A DNA stretch of 63,787 nt, filler included, from Octopus bimaculoides (taxonomy: Eukaryota), in assembly GCF_001194135.2 (NCBI RefSeq). It is 9 parts of 9 records of this genome, joined end to end, with 100 filler letters (N's around TTAATTAATTAA, not from the genome) between each part and the next. Parts side by side here need not be neighbours in the genome. Positions count along the whole stretch, not along the records: positions 49,526 to 51,406 come from NW_026432627.1; positions 51,507 to 58,819 come from NC_068992.1; positions 58,920 to 63,787 come from NC_069005.1; 6 more parts are not named here. One strand, written 5' to 3'. The translations under genes and the position numbers were made by a program. Below are positions 50,843 to 61,740 of the stretch, in pieces (position 1 is the first letter of the stretch; every line of letters begins with the position of its first letter). Under the pieces are notes generated by a model that saw nothing but the letters and a program-made list of their open reading frames with translations, was not told the origin of the DNA and did no database searches.

Positions 50843-51406
50843 TTAACATTGACAATAACATTAAATATAACATGAGAAGTGAAGGATATTTCGAATTTTT
50901 TGGTGTATTCTTATCGATTTGAACAAGATACAAGATGTTTGATAAAAATATTGTCATTGCTAGAGAAACTTTCTCCCCTGACTCAGGAGGCAGAAGAAAA
51001 ACAAAAACAGTTAAAATAGTCATCATTACTGTCGGAATCAACATAGCTATGATTCCTACGGTGAGTTTACGTCGTAACTGCATTACCACTAATGCATAAC
51101 TGCATTCTTCGACTTTGCCATTTGCCTCACCAGAGAAATGAATATCCCACTTGTAGTTTTCTGCCAAATGCATATTCCTGTAATAGATTGTTTTTAATCG
51201 TGTTTCGTATGGATAATGTAAAGCAACACACATGTATATTTTACATTTCTGGTCATCAAATGGATACGTATAAGCGTTCACTTGGCAATAGGTTTCTATG
51301 TACTTAAGAGACCACAACTCCACTGTTCCTTTATAGTGAACGTATACTTCGCGATTGATATTCGAATCATCTTGCTCATTCACTGAATTACACATCATCA
51401 GAGATG
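50843..51406 (-). CDS. Partial atypical nicotinic-like Cys-loop receptor of the cephalopod chemotactile receptor (CR) family; ECD half plus M1-M3, both ends in gaps
   Basis: 187 open codons without introns. Cys-loop CQVNAYTYPFDDQKC (C-x13-C), pre-M1 LRRK, M1 AMLIPTVMMTILTVFVFLLPPES, M2 GEKVSLAMTIFLSNILYL, M3 YPSLLMLYLMLLSML. No vicinal loop C CC and no loop B Trp. Confidence 0.92.
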
Positions 51407-51506
51407 NNNNNNNNNNNNNNNNNNNNNNNNNNNNNNNNNNNNNNNNNNNNTTAATTAATTAANNNNNNNNNNNNNNNNNNNNNNNNNNNNNNNNNNNNNN
51501 NNNNNN

Positions 51507-51551
<45 letters not shown>

Positions 51552-51896
51552 TTGTGACATTTATGAAATGAATACTCTGATGAGCAAATTCTTGAAGTAG
51601 TATGTAATTTATACAGTTGGACAGAAGCAGTTGATTTTGGGAATTGTTTTAGCTGAATAAACTACTAATGATGTGTTTAAGAAATATAACGAGAAGCAAC
51701 ATCAGTGAAATGCACTAATTAGTCCTAACAAGGCAGCCTGTCTGCATGGAGTCTACGACTGATAAACACGCAAACACATTTGTGTATTTATGCATCTATG
51801 GGATGAATTTGTACACAAGAACACACATGTGCAGGGAAGATGTAAACACATACATACATGCATACATATGCATATACACACAACACACACATATAT

Positions 51897-51931
<35 letters not shown>

Positions 51932-52047
51932 GCAGACAATAGGAGGAAACAAATTGCAGTAGGTAAGTATGACCCTGGGATCCAAGTTTAGGAAGTGGTA
52001 TGCTTCAGGCATGTACACAGCTAGTGCAGATGACAAAAGGCTGACAA

Positions 52048-52925
52048 TCATCATCATCATCATCATCGTTTAACGTCCGCTTTCCATGCTAGCATGGGTT
52101 GGACGATTTGACTGAGGACTGGTGAAACCGGATGGCAACACCAGGCTCCAATCTAAATTTGGCAGATTTTCTACAGCTGGATGCCCTTCCTAACGCCAAC
52201 CACTCAGAGAGTGTAGTAGGNNNNNNNNNNNNNNNNNNNNNNNNNNNNNNNNNNNNNNNNNNNNNNNNNNNNNNNNNNNNNNNNNNNNNNNNNNNNNNNN
52301 NNNNNNNNNNNNNNNNNNNNNNNNNNNNNNNNNNNNNNNNNNNNNNNNNNNNNNNNNNNNNNNNNNNNNNNNNNNNNNNNNNNNNNNNNNNNNNNNNNNN
52401 NNNNNNNNNNNNNNNNNNNNNNNNNNNNNNNNNNNNNNNNNNNNNNNNNNNNNNNNNNNNNNNNNNNNNNNNNNNNNNNNNNNNNNNNNNNNNNNNNNNN
52501 NNNNNNNNNNNNNNNNNNNNNNNNCACTGGCAACGATCTCGCTCGAAAATCCTACGAAGGCCAGTCAGGCAGTACTGGCAACGGCCACACTCAAAATGGT
52601 GCATCTTATGTGCCACCCGCACAAGAGCCAGTCCAGGGGCACTGGCAACGATCTCACTTGGCTTGCCGGGTCTTCTCACGCACAGCACACCTCCAAAGGT
52701 CTTGGTCAGTAGTCATCGCCTCAGTGAGGCCCAATGTACGAAGGTCTTGCCTCACCACCTCAACCCAGGTCTTCCTGGGCCTACCTCTTCCACTCAACTA
52801 TTAGGGTGTGGCACTTTTTCACGCAGTTATCCTCATCCATTCTCACCACATGTCCATACCAGCGCAATCGTCTCTCTTGCACACCACAACTGATGCTTCT
52901 GATGTTCAGCTTTTCTCTCAAGATA
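52048..52925 (-). mobile_element. RTE LINE 3' end (coding plus 3'UTR, gap inside)
   Basis: LREKLNIRSISCGVQERRLRWYGHVVRMDEDNCVKKC...GRGRPRKTWVEVVRQDLRTLGL...LWRCAVREKT, ending in a (GAT)n tail. Confidence 0.88.
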
Positions 52926-53495
52926 CACTATATGTATTATACACACACACACACACACATTATATATATATATATATATTACTAAAAATAAGATAAATAT
53001 ATATATAGGGAAAAAAACCCCACATAGAGCAGAGGTCGGCAATGCCTGTGCTGAATTTTAGGTCCACTGAGGCTTGCGCAACACCTCATAGACCCTCTCT
53101 ACTTTATTGACATTATCCAGAGACAAGCCGGAGCAAGATGTCTGGTGCCTATACAAGTCGCAGGCGCAGCGATGTGGGAGCACCGTGATCTCTAGCACAA
53201 ACCAAAGATCCCCAAAATGTCCAATGCCATTCCCTGCATATTTGGTTTTATATCAGAGTGACCATCTCCTAGATACATGCTTCAACAAAAGCTGAGGAGC
53301 GCCTCACTCCCAGTGGTCTTTCAGCACGCCGGACACTATCCCGGAATTTCGGCGTACCCGTGCTATTGCTAGATAGCTGTTGTGCCTGCACTAGGTCCAT
53401 ACATACATACATACATCCATATACATATATATATACATACATACATACATATACATACATACACATACATAATACATACATACATACATACATAC

Positions 53496-53652
53496 ATATG
53501 GATCCCTAGATTCAGTCTTACCTGTGATGTTGGAACCTATAAGGAATATGAGGGGTTTAGATCTAAACAAATAGGTAAACTGAGTAAGTGCTATAGGTAG
53601 TCAACCGTTAAGTTCCAACATCAAAGTTAAGCCTGGATCTAGGGATCCATAT
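53496..53652. mobile_element. MITE-like element with 37-bp TIRs
   Basis: GGATCCCTAGAT.CAG.CTTA.CT.TGATGTTGGAAC at 53500-53536 versus 53612-53648 (33/37). ATAT on both flanks. Confidence 0.75.
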
Positions 53653-53697
53653 TATGGTTTCGTTATAGCATGTATATATTATGCTAGAGGAAAAGCT

Positions 53698-53814
53698 AAA
53701 ACCAAGGCAGAACGATTATCTCAAGTCAATTAGAACAATTTAATTAAGGTAAAGTCACCTTACCTTAATTAAATTATGCTAAATGACTTGAGATACTTGT
53801 TCTGCCTTGATTTT
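53698..53814. repeat. 117-bp hairpin: 55-bp arms (49/55 complementary), 7-nt loop
   Basis: Direct arm comparison of 53698-53752 with 53760-53814. Confidence 0.85.
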
Positions 53815-53848
53815 AATTTCAGCTCTAATCAAATATATATATATATAG

Positions 53849-53879
<31 letters not shown>

Positions 53880-54354
53880 AAAATGTGTACAGGACATTAC
53901 CAACTGTGCAAACAACATGAAATATGTAAACAAGAGAAAGAAATGAAAATAGGACAAATAAACACAGAGAAGGGACTCTTCATCACTTGTCAGCTATCTA
54001 TCTACTCCTCATTTCAAGCATTCAAAAACAATGAGTCTTCAAAGACAGTTGCTCCTATAAATTCTAAAGCAGTAATTGTTGGGCTATTTTTAGAAATGTT
54101 GTAAACAACATTTCTCAGCAATTTTTACATTTTAATTATCATCATCACCATTATCATCACATTTATTATTGTTGCTGTTTGAGGTGGTGGTGGTAGGTGT
54201 AGCTGTGGTAATAGAACTTTAAACCCAAAATAAGATTATTTTTACTGATTTTTTTTCTCTTGATTTAGCATGTATTGTCCTGCTATTGTCATCATGAGAA
54301 CCTTTAGTATTTTTGTTGTTGTTGTTGTTAGTGGTAGTGGTAGTGGCAGTAGAA

Positions 54355-54410
<56 letters not shown>

Positions 54411-54514
54411 NNNNNNNNNNNNNNNNNNNNNNNNNNNNNNNNNNNNNNNNNNNNNNNNNNNNNNNNNNNNNNNNNNNNNNNNNNNNNNNNNNNNNNNNNN
54501 NNNNNNNNATAGTA

Positions 54515-54700
54515 AGGCGGCGGGCTGGCAGAAATATTACCATGCTGGGTGAAATGCTTAGTGGTAATGGGAATATAAGTATTTCGTCTGCCGCTATGTT
54601 CTGAGTTCAAATTCCGCTGAGGTCGGCTTCGCCTTTCATGCTTTTGGGGTCGATTACATAAGTACCAGTTACGCACTGGGGTCGATATAATTGACTTAAT
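54515..54700 (+). mobile_element. SINE family B
   Basis: GGCGGCGGGCTGGCAGAAAT...GAGTTCAAATTCCGCTGAGG...GGGGTCGAT. Confidence 0.8.
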
Positions 54701-55574
54701 CCTTTTGTCTGTCCTTGTTTGTCCCGTCTATGTTTATCCTCTTGTGGGCAATAAAGAAATAAGACATGGTACCTCTGAGTATTAGTATTATTGTTTATTT
54801 AGCTTGGGTTGGAATCTATTAATGAAGTTCTTTTCTTTGGTTCTTCTCTCGATTTTACTTGGCCTGTGTAGTTTGTGGAATGAAAATATAAATATTTTCC
54901 GATCACATGTTGCTAGATGGTTACTCAAAGGTATCTGACGGACATCTGGGTCTCTAAGTTGCTGTCAGTGGACACATGAACGTTCTGATAATGCATTTCC
55001 AGTCTGACCTCCCCACTCCCCATACATATATTCAATGGGCTTCTTTCAGTTTCCATCTATCAAATCTACGGAGAAAGGTTTGGTAGACCTTAGCATATAG
55101 TAGAAGACATTTACCCAAAGTGCCATATAGTGAGACTGAACCTAGAACCATGTGGTTGGGAAGCAAACTTCTTACCACACAGCTACACCTGATCCCCCAT
55201 TGAACTGCATTTTCAAACAAGTATTTTCTGAAACAGTATTTGGAACGAGAGGAGGCTGGATAGCATGTGCTAATCTAATGATTACTCACTCACACACACA
55301 TACACACACTTACACATCTTATAAAAGAGAAGCTGATCTATGTTTATCAAACTGATCTGTCTAGAGAGAAAGAAGAAGAGGAGAAAAACTGTTATTGAGA
55401 GAGAAATACTGTGAGAGAGAAAGAGAGAGATAGTATGAAAGATAGATTAATAAGTAGTGTTGTCACCTTAGCAACTAACAAGTTTTCATTAAAAACGTGG
55501 GAATTTTAAGTGCAAGTCTGTCAATACATCATAGCACAGACTTCAAAAGAAGACTATATGTACGTTTATATATC

Positions 55575-55615
<41 letters not shown>

Positions 55616-55970
55616 CTGTATCTATATCTATCTATCTATATATGTATATANNNNNNNNNNNNNNNNNNNNNNNNNNNNNNNNNNNNNNNNNNNNNNNNNN
55701 NNNNNNNNNNNNNNNNNNNNNNNNNNNNNNNNNNNNNNNNNNNNNNNNNNNNNNNNNNNNNNNNNNNNNNNNNNNNNNNNNNNNATATATATATATATAC
55801 ACATACATATATACACACACACACATACATGCATATATACATATAAATATATATATAAATACACATACATATATATATATGGGAGAATATACAAATAATA
55901 ACAACAGACGAGGGCAGGTGGTGTAAATAACAAAAGTATATATTAGTATGACGCTCGGGAATACGGAAAG

Positions 55971-56007
55971 TCTTTGACGTTTCGAGCTACGCTCTTCAAC
56001 AGAAAGA
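55971..56007 (-). ncRNA. Minimal type I hammerhead-like motif with A6U core variant, in a Penelope-pLTR-like repeat (about 55880-56040)
   Basis: UCUUU-CUGUUGA-A-GAGC(GUA)GCUC-GAAAC-GUC-AAAGA. Stem I 5/5, stem II 4/4, palindromic ACGU stem III, GUC site. Confidence 0.6.
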
Positions 56008-56739
56008 ATACGGAGACAAGGAGAAAAACACGGAGAAAAAAAATTGAATAGTGTTCAGTCAACGGTCAATCATAATATATATATATATATATGTATGTAT
56101 ATATGTAATACAGTTACTTTTACTCTAGTTGTTTGTTCATGTGTCTGTGTCTGTGTATGCGTGTGCATGTATGTGTGTGTGTGTGTGTGAGTGTGCCCGT
56201 GTGCGTTTCGGTATGTCTTTCAACATATAGACAACAAAACACAGACTTTAAAAGAAGTCTTTCGCTTTGAACAATTTATGTAGCTACATGGGTATGATTA
56301 ACAAATATTTCTACCAACTGCGTAGCAATGAGTGACGACTTGTGTACATATAATCAGTGTTTAGACACTATAAATATATATCCACAGAAATCAATTGCTC
56401 AATTGTTTATCAAGTCATTAAACCTCAATATATCATTCTTCAATGTAATATCCATGACAATCATGAGTTTGGACAATGTTAAAATTGGTTGAAACAAGTG
56501 TTCTAAAAATATCCAGAACAGAAAACAAAGATTTGAAAGATATTTCAAAATGCCATAATGTCATTATTATATTCTACAACCATTCCCATGGTTCAAATGT
56601 AAACATTATCAAACGTATAAACCTTATAATTAATTTCAATGAGATGAATAAGCTAACTTATCAGGAATTGAAATATGAAAATTTAAACACTGTTCTTGTT
56701 TTAATTATGACACATGCAGGTGGTACGTAAAATACACCA

Positions 56740-57330
56740 TTTTGAGTGTGGCCGTTCCCAGTACCTCCTCACTGGCCTTCGTGCCGGTGGTACATAAAAG
56801 CACCAACTACACTCTCGGAGTAGTTTGCGTTAGGAAGGGCATCCAGCTTTAGAAACACTGCCAAATCAGATTGGAGCCTGGTGTAGCCATCTGGTTTCAC
56901 CAGTCCTCAGTCAAATCGTCCAACCCATGCTAGCATGGAAAGCGGACGTTAAACGATGATGATGATGATGACTTTATTTTCCTTCCTCTCAACAGGCCAA
57001 ACTTCAGCACCTTCCTTTCTGTCTTCCCCACTATATAACCCACTTCATCATCATCATTATTTAATGTCCATTTTCCATAGTGGCATGGGATTGATGGTTT
57101 AACTGGGGATTGGCAAGCCAGGAGGCTGCACCAGGCTCCAATCTAATCTGGCAATGCTTCTACAGCTGGATGCCCTTCGTAACGCCAACCACCCTGAGAG
57201 TGTAGTGGGTGCTTTTTACATGCCAGTCAGGCGGCACTGGCATCGGCCACATTCAGATGTTGCATTTTACATGCTACCGGCACAGGAGTCAGTTGGGGCT
57301 GGCATCGACCATGTTCAGATGGTGCTTTTT
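56740..57330. mobile_element. Two RTE 3'UTR copies, tail-to-tail inverted, ~80 bp apart
   Basis: 56740-56970 (+) and 57048-57330 (-) share AGGAAGGGCATCCAGCT-like and GATTGGAGCCTGGTG blocks and (GAT)n tails. Confidence 0.8.
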
Positions 57331-57724
57331 CCTTTTTTTTTTCTTATGAATGACTAGAGCCCAAAACGTCAAGACTATCCCTTCCTTTGAAGAGATTTAT
57401 CATTTACTAAGAAGAGATAGAGTCTTTCCGTTTCCATCTACAAGTTTTTGGTCAACAAAATTATAGTACAAGGTGCCACACAGTGGAACAGAATCTAGAA
57501 CAATGGGGTTGAGAAACAAGCTTCTTACCACACAGCCAAAGTCCCATGGAATAAATACACAAGTATATTCCTTAAAAGATTCTGTTTCTATTCTTTTAAT
57601 TATGGCATAAAATTGAATGCCATTCTTGAAGTAATTAGACAGAAATGGTAATGAATTACAGTGATGCCAGCAAAGTGGAGGGAATGTGAATATTATTCAG
57701 TAATGTAAAAAAATCCATGCTAAA

Positions 57725-58234
57725 ATACGATGATGGTGGTGGTGGTGGTGGTGGTGAGGATGAATGCAATGATGAGGAAGATGGTGTTGATGCTGACGAC
57801 AACGAAGACGAAAATGATGATGATGACGACAACGAAGACGAAAATGATGATGATGATAGTGGTGGTGAAGTTGATGCTGCTGATGATGATAATGATGCTG
57901 CTGATGATGATGAGGATGATGCTGCTGATGATGATGAGGATGATGCTGATGATGATGATAATGATGACGACGACGATGATGATAATGATGACGACGATGA
58001 TGATAATGATGACGACGATGATGATGATAATGATGACGACGATGATGATAATGATGACGACGATGATGATAATTACAACGATGGTGGTCATGATGATGAT
58101 GATTATGATGATGATAGTGGGGAGGATGGTGACGGTGGTGTTGATGGTGGTGGTGGTGATAGTAGTGGTGGCAGTGGTAGCATCAGTGACAGTGGAAGCA
58201 GCAGCAACAGTGGAGATGGTGGTGGTGATGGTGG

Positions 58235-58265
<31 letters not shown>

Positions 58266-58290
58266 GATGATGGCGATGATGATGATGGCA
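57725..58290. repeat. Long compound (GAT/GAC/GGT)n microsatellite region
   Basis: Read directly. Explains the 223-aa poly-Asp ORF. Confidence 0.9.
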
Positions 58291-58919
58291 CATGCATATT
58301 TGCTAATTCATTTTTCGTTAAGTTTTATGCTTTAGTTGATGCATTTTCTGGGATTGTTTTTGTTTTGTTTTGTTTAGTTTTGCTGTAGATTTTTGTTCCA
58401 CTTTTATGCATTTGTCAGAAAATAATTCATTTCTCACATAGTTGGGAAGTCTTCAAGACTAAAGAGAATCAGTAGGGAGAGAGAGAGAGAGAGAAATGGA
58501 TTGCAGGAAAAGATGGAGTGAGAAAGAAATGGTAGAAAAAAATATGAAATGGAATAGAGATAAAGAGAGAGAGGGGAGGAGTGAGAGAGAGCAAGAGAGA
58601 GAGAGAGACAGGCAGTGAAGAAGGGAGAGAAAGGAAGAGAGAAATGGGTGGCAGAAAAATGGAATGAGAAAGAAATGGTAGAAAAAATATGAAATGGAGA
58701 AGAGAGAGGGAGGGGAAGAGAGAGGGAGGGGGTGAGAGAGGCAGAGTGAGAGAGGAAAGAGAGACAGGAAGAGAAAGAAGAGAGAGAGAGAGGAAGAGAG
58801 AGAGAGGAAGAGAGAGAGANNNNNNNNNNNNNNNNNNNNNNNNNNNNNNNNNNNNNNNNNNNNTTAATTAATTAANNNNNNNNNNNNNNNNNNNNNNNNN
58901 NNNNNNNNNNNNNNNNNNN

Positions 58920-59089
58920 CCGCTGCCGCCATCAATGATTGCTTACAATAAGTCTAAAGAGGAAGTGAAAGTCTCTTCCGAACCACCAGTTTCCGTCAAA
59001 ATTTCAAATTACGAAATTCTTGATCATGAGCGGAAACGGAAAGTGGAACTTAAGTGCATGGAAATGCAAGAGCTGTTTGAAGAGAAAGG
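58920..59089 (+). CDS. SRRM2: cwf21-domain exon, SRRM2/CWC21-like spliceosomal protein (5' end in gap)
   Basis: PLPPSMIAYNKSKEEVKVSSEPPVSVKISNYEILDHERKRKVELKCMEMQELFEEKG then GTAAGT. Compare human DILDHERKRRVELRCLELEEMMEEQG. The donor splits the Gly codon in phase 2, as I recall for SRRM2. Confidence 0.8.
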
Positions 59090-60521
59090 GTAAGTTATAT
59101 TTCATTTCATTCGATTTGATTCCATTCCATTTGTACTGAATTTCTTACTAACCTACCTACCTCCATAATAACCTACCTTTCTTCCTTCTGAAGTCAGTCT
59201 CTTTCTCACTCATTCTCTCCTTTTCTATGTGTGAATGAGTGTGTCTCAGTGCTTATGAGAATCTGTGAGTGCATTTGTGTGTAGGATAGAGAGAGAGAGA
59301 GAGAGTGTATGAAAAAGTGTGTGTGTGTTTGTGTGTTTATAAGAATGTGTTTGCATGGCTATGTGGAAATTTCTGTGTATGTAAATGTAAGTGTATGTTT
59401 CTGCATGTATGTCAGCACAGGTTTGTGGGAGTGAATGGGTGTATGTGTTTGTGTGTGCATATGTGTACCTTTGTTTTTTGTTTTGCTTGTGTATGAATGT
59501 GTGTGTGTGTGTGTGTGTGTGTGTGTCTATGAAGCGTTATAAAGACATAATTTCATTTCCTTTCTGTGTGCCTTAAGTCTGATTCTTTCTGTTATAATGG
59601 TGTATTTCTTTATACTTTCTTTCTAAAAGCATTCTATAGAGATCAAAGCTTAAAGACACACATTCACATGAGTCACTCAAATACTCAACATCACAGAGGA
59701 ACACTGTACATATACATGCACAATCACAAATATGCACACACTCACACACACACATTAACAAATCCACAATTACTACACATACATGATCAATATTGCATAT
59801 AAACTAATTCCCAAACACTTCCATCCCTATATCACACCAAAATAATTTAATTTCCATTTTTATAGTTTTACAATTAATTTCGATATTTATCCCATCCCTG
59901 CTTTTCGTTTTGGTCCTTGAATTTTTTAGATAATTTTTTACCCACCCACTGTGATAAAATTGAGATCCTAAAACCAAGGTGCCACTTAAAAAGTATTGGT
60001 GTGGGTGGGTGCTGATGTCCCATAAAAGGCACTGGTGATGGTTCCATATACAAAGTGCTGGTGATGGTGTCACATACAAAGTGCTGGTGATGGTGTCACA
60101 TAAAAAGCACTGGTGCTTGTGCCATGTCAAGAGCATTGTTGATAGCACCATGTAAAACGCACTCAGTACACTTTGTAAAGTGGTTGGCATTAGGATGGGC
60201 ATCAAATCATAGAAACCAAGCCAAAGGAAATACCAATATTGATACAATTTATCAACCAGTAGATTACCGGACTAAAACGGTTTAGGTGATTTTGTTAAAA
60301 TTCTTCCTACTCTGAGTTTTTTTTCTCTTCTTTTGGTCTTAAATATTTAGGCACAGGCTTGGCTGTGTAGTTAAGATGCTCAATTTACAACCCCATGTGG
60401 TGTTTTGGGTTCAGTCCCAATGCATTGCACATTGAGCAAATGTCTTGTGCTGAAGATTCAGGCTGACCAATGCCTTGTGAGTGAATTAGGTTGAGAGAAA
60501 CTGAAAGAAGCGCAACATATA

Positions 60522-60977
60522 CAGGGTGCATAAGATATTTGAGGAGAGATTTATGTTTATAAAAGAAACAGATATATAATAACAGATAATAACTTTATTT
60601 ATCAAAAAAGGCTAGGAGGATAAAAATAAACATTCTTTTCTATAATGTTACTCAATAAAGCTACCTTCAGCTTCAACAACTGCTTCTATATGAGATCTAA
60701 ATCTTTTACATGCTCAAATCAAGGGGTCCTGGTTCATTTTCGACATTACTCTGACTATGGCAGCTTTCAAAGAATCTTTGGTGCTATGGACATATTCATT
60801 GACCACTCTCTCAACAACCCTCCACATGTAAACAGCATGCCTCTTCATTTCTTGAGTAAGCTGAGGGTCTGCTATTATTATTATTTTCTGAAATGAAGAT
60901 TATACAGAGTTTGCAAAAAATGCAACAATGACCCCCAAAGGGTAAAAGGTATGTCTTCAAATACATTATGCACCCTG
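60522..60977 (-). mobile_element. Internally deleted Tc1/mariner (maT-like) transposon, 456 bp
   Basis: TIRs CAGGGTGCATAA..TATTTGA.GA with TA TSD (60520-60521 and 60978-60979). Minus strand LTQEMKRHAV is fused to YMWRVVER...DSLKAAI...ACKRFRSHIEAVVEAEGSFIE*. Confidence 0.85.
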
Positions 60978-60991
60978 TATATATATATATA

Positions 60992-61105
60992 TTGGAAAAA
61001 ATAATAAGGTACTCAGATATCTGGATGGTTGTGTGACATATTAATAATAAAAATCTGTAAATGTACAACCATCCAGATATCTGAGTACCTTATTATTTTT
61101 TCTAA
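60992..61105. mobile_element. 114-bp TA-flanked MITE, 41-bp TIRs
   Basis: TTGGAAAAAATAATAAGGTACTCAGATATCTGGATGGTTGT versus its reverse complement at 61065-61105 (40/41). TA on both sides. Confidence 0.88.
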
Positions 61106-61279
61106 TATATAATTCATGTACATCACCTCCAAACCTTCCAATATATATATATGTATATATGAATGTGTGTGTTTGTGCATGTGTTTCCTCACCATTATTT
61201 GACAGCTGGTGTTGGTTTGTTTACATTCCTGTAATGACAGATAAAAAGATATGTACTTGGGGCAATTTGTTTGGCAGAA

Positions 61280-61470
61280 TTATCACGCTGGGCAAAAAGC
61301 TTAGTGGCATTTCGTCCATCTATATGTTCTGAGTTCAGATTCCATCAAGATTAACTTTGCCTTTCATCCTTTTGGGGGTCAATAAAATAAGTACCAGTTG
61401 TATACTGGATTTGATGCAATTGACTGTCCCCCTCCCCCAAATTTCAGGCATTGTGCCTATAATAGAAAGA

Positions 61471-61520
<50 letters not shown>

Positions 61521-61740
61521 GGTTGTGAGCTGGCAAAGTTGTTAGCATGCTGGGCAAGGTGCTTAGTGGCATTTTGTCCATCTGCCCGATCTGAGTTCAA
61601 ATTCTGCTGAAGTCGACTTCAGCTTTTATCCTTTGAAGGTTGATAAACTAAGTACCAGACAAGTACTGGGGTTGATGTAATCAACTGTCCCCTCCCCACA
61701 AATTTCTGGCATGGTGCCTACAGTAGAAAGGATTATTATT
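61280..61740 (+). mobile_element. Two tandem SINE family B copies separated by (ATT)n
   Basis: Repeated GAGTTCA.AT.C...CCTTT..GG..GATAAA..AAGTACCAG...AATTTC.GGCAT.GTGCCTA blocks. Confidence 0.75.

Larger units (their letters stand above)
60350..61240 (+). mobile_element. SINE family A split by two DNA elements inserted in its internal TA tract
   Basis: Head at about 60350-60519. The body resumes at about 61140 (TATATG...GTGTTT...TTGACAGCTGGTGTTGGTTTGTTTAC). Confidence 0.7.

Noticed and set aside
57717-58388. 223-aa Asp-rich ORF, and the many poly-Ile/Tyr, His-Thr, Cys-Val and Glu-Arg ORFs elsewhere
   Set aside because: Translations of simple-sequence repeats, open in several frames and strands at once, with no domain signal.
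3042-58875. Recurrent TTAATTAATTAA as PacI, homeobox or CRISPR-like repeat
   Set aside because: Always centred in an N-run of fixed 100-bp total length, so it is an assembly linker.
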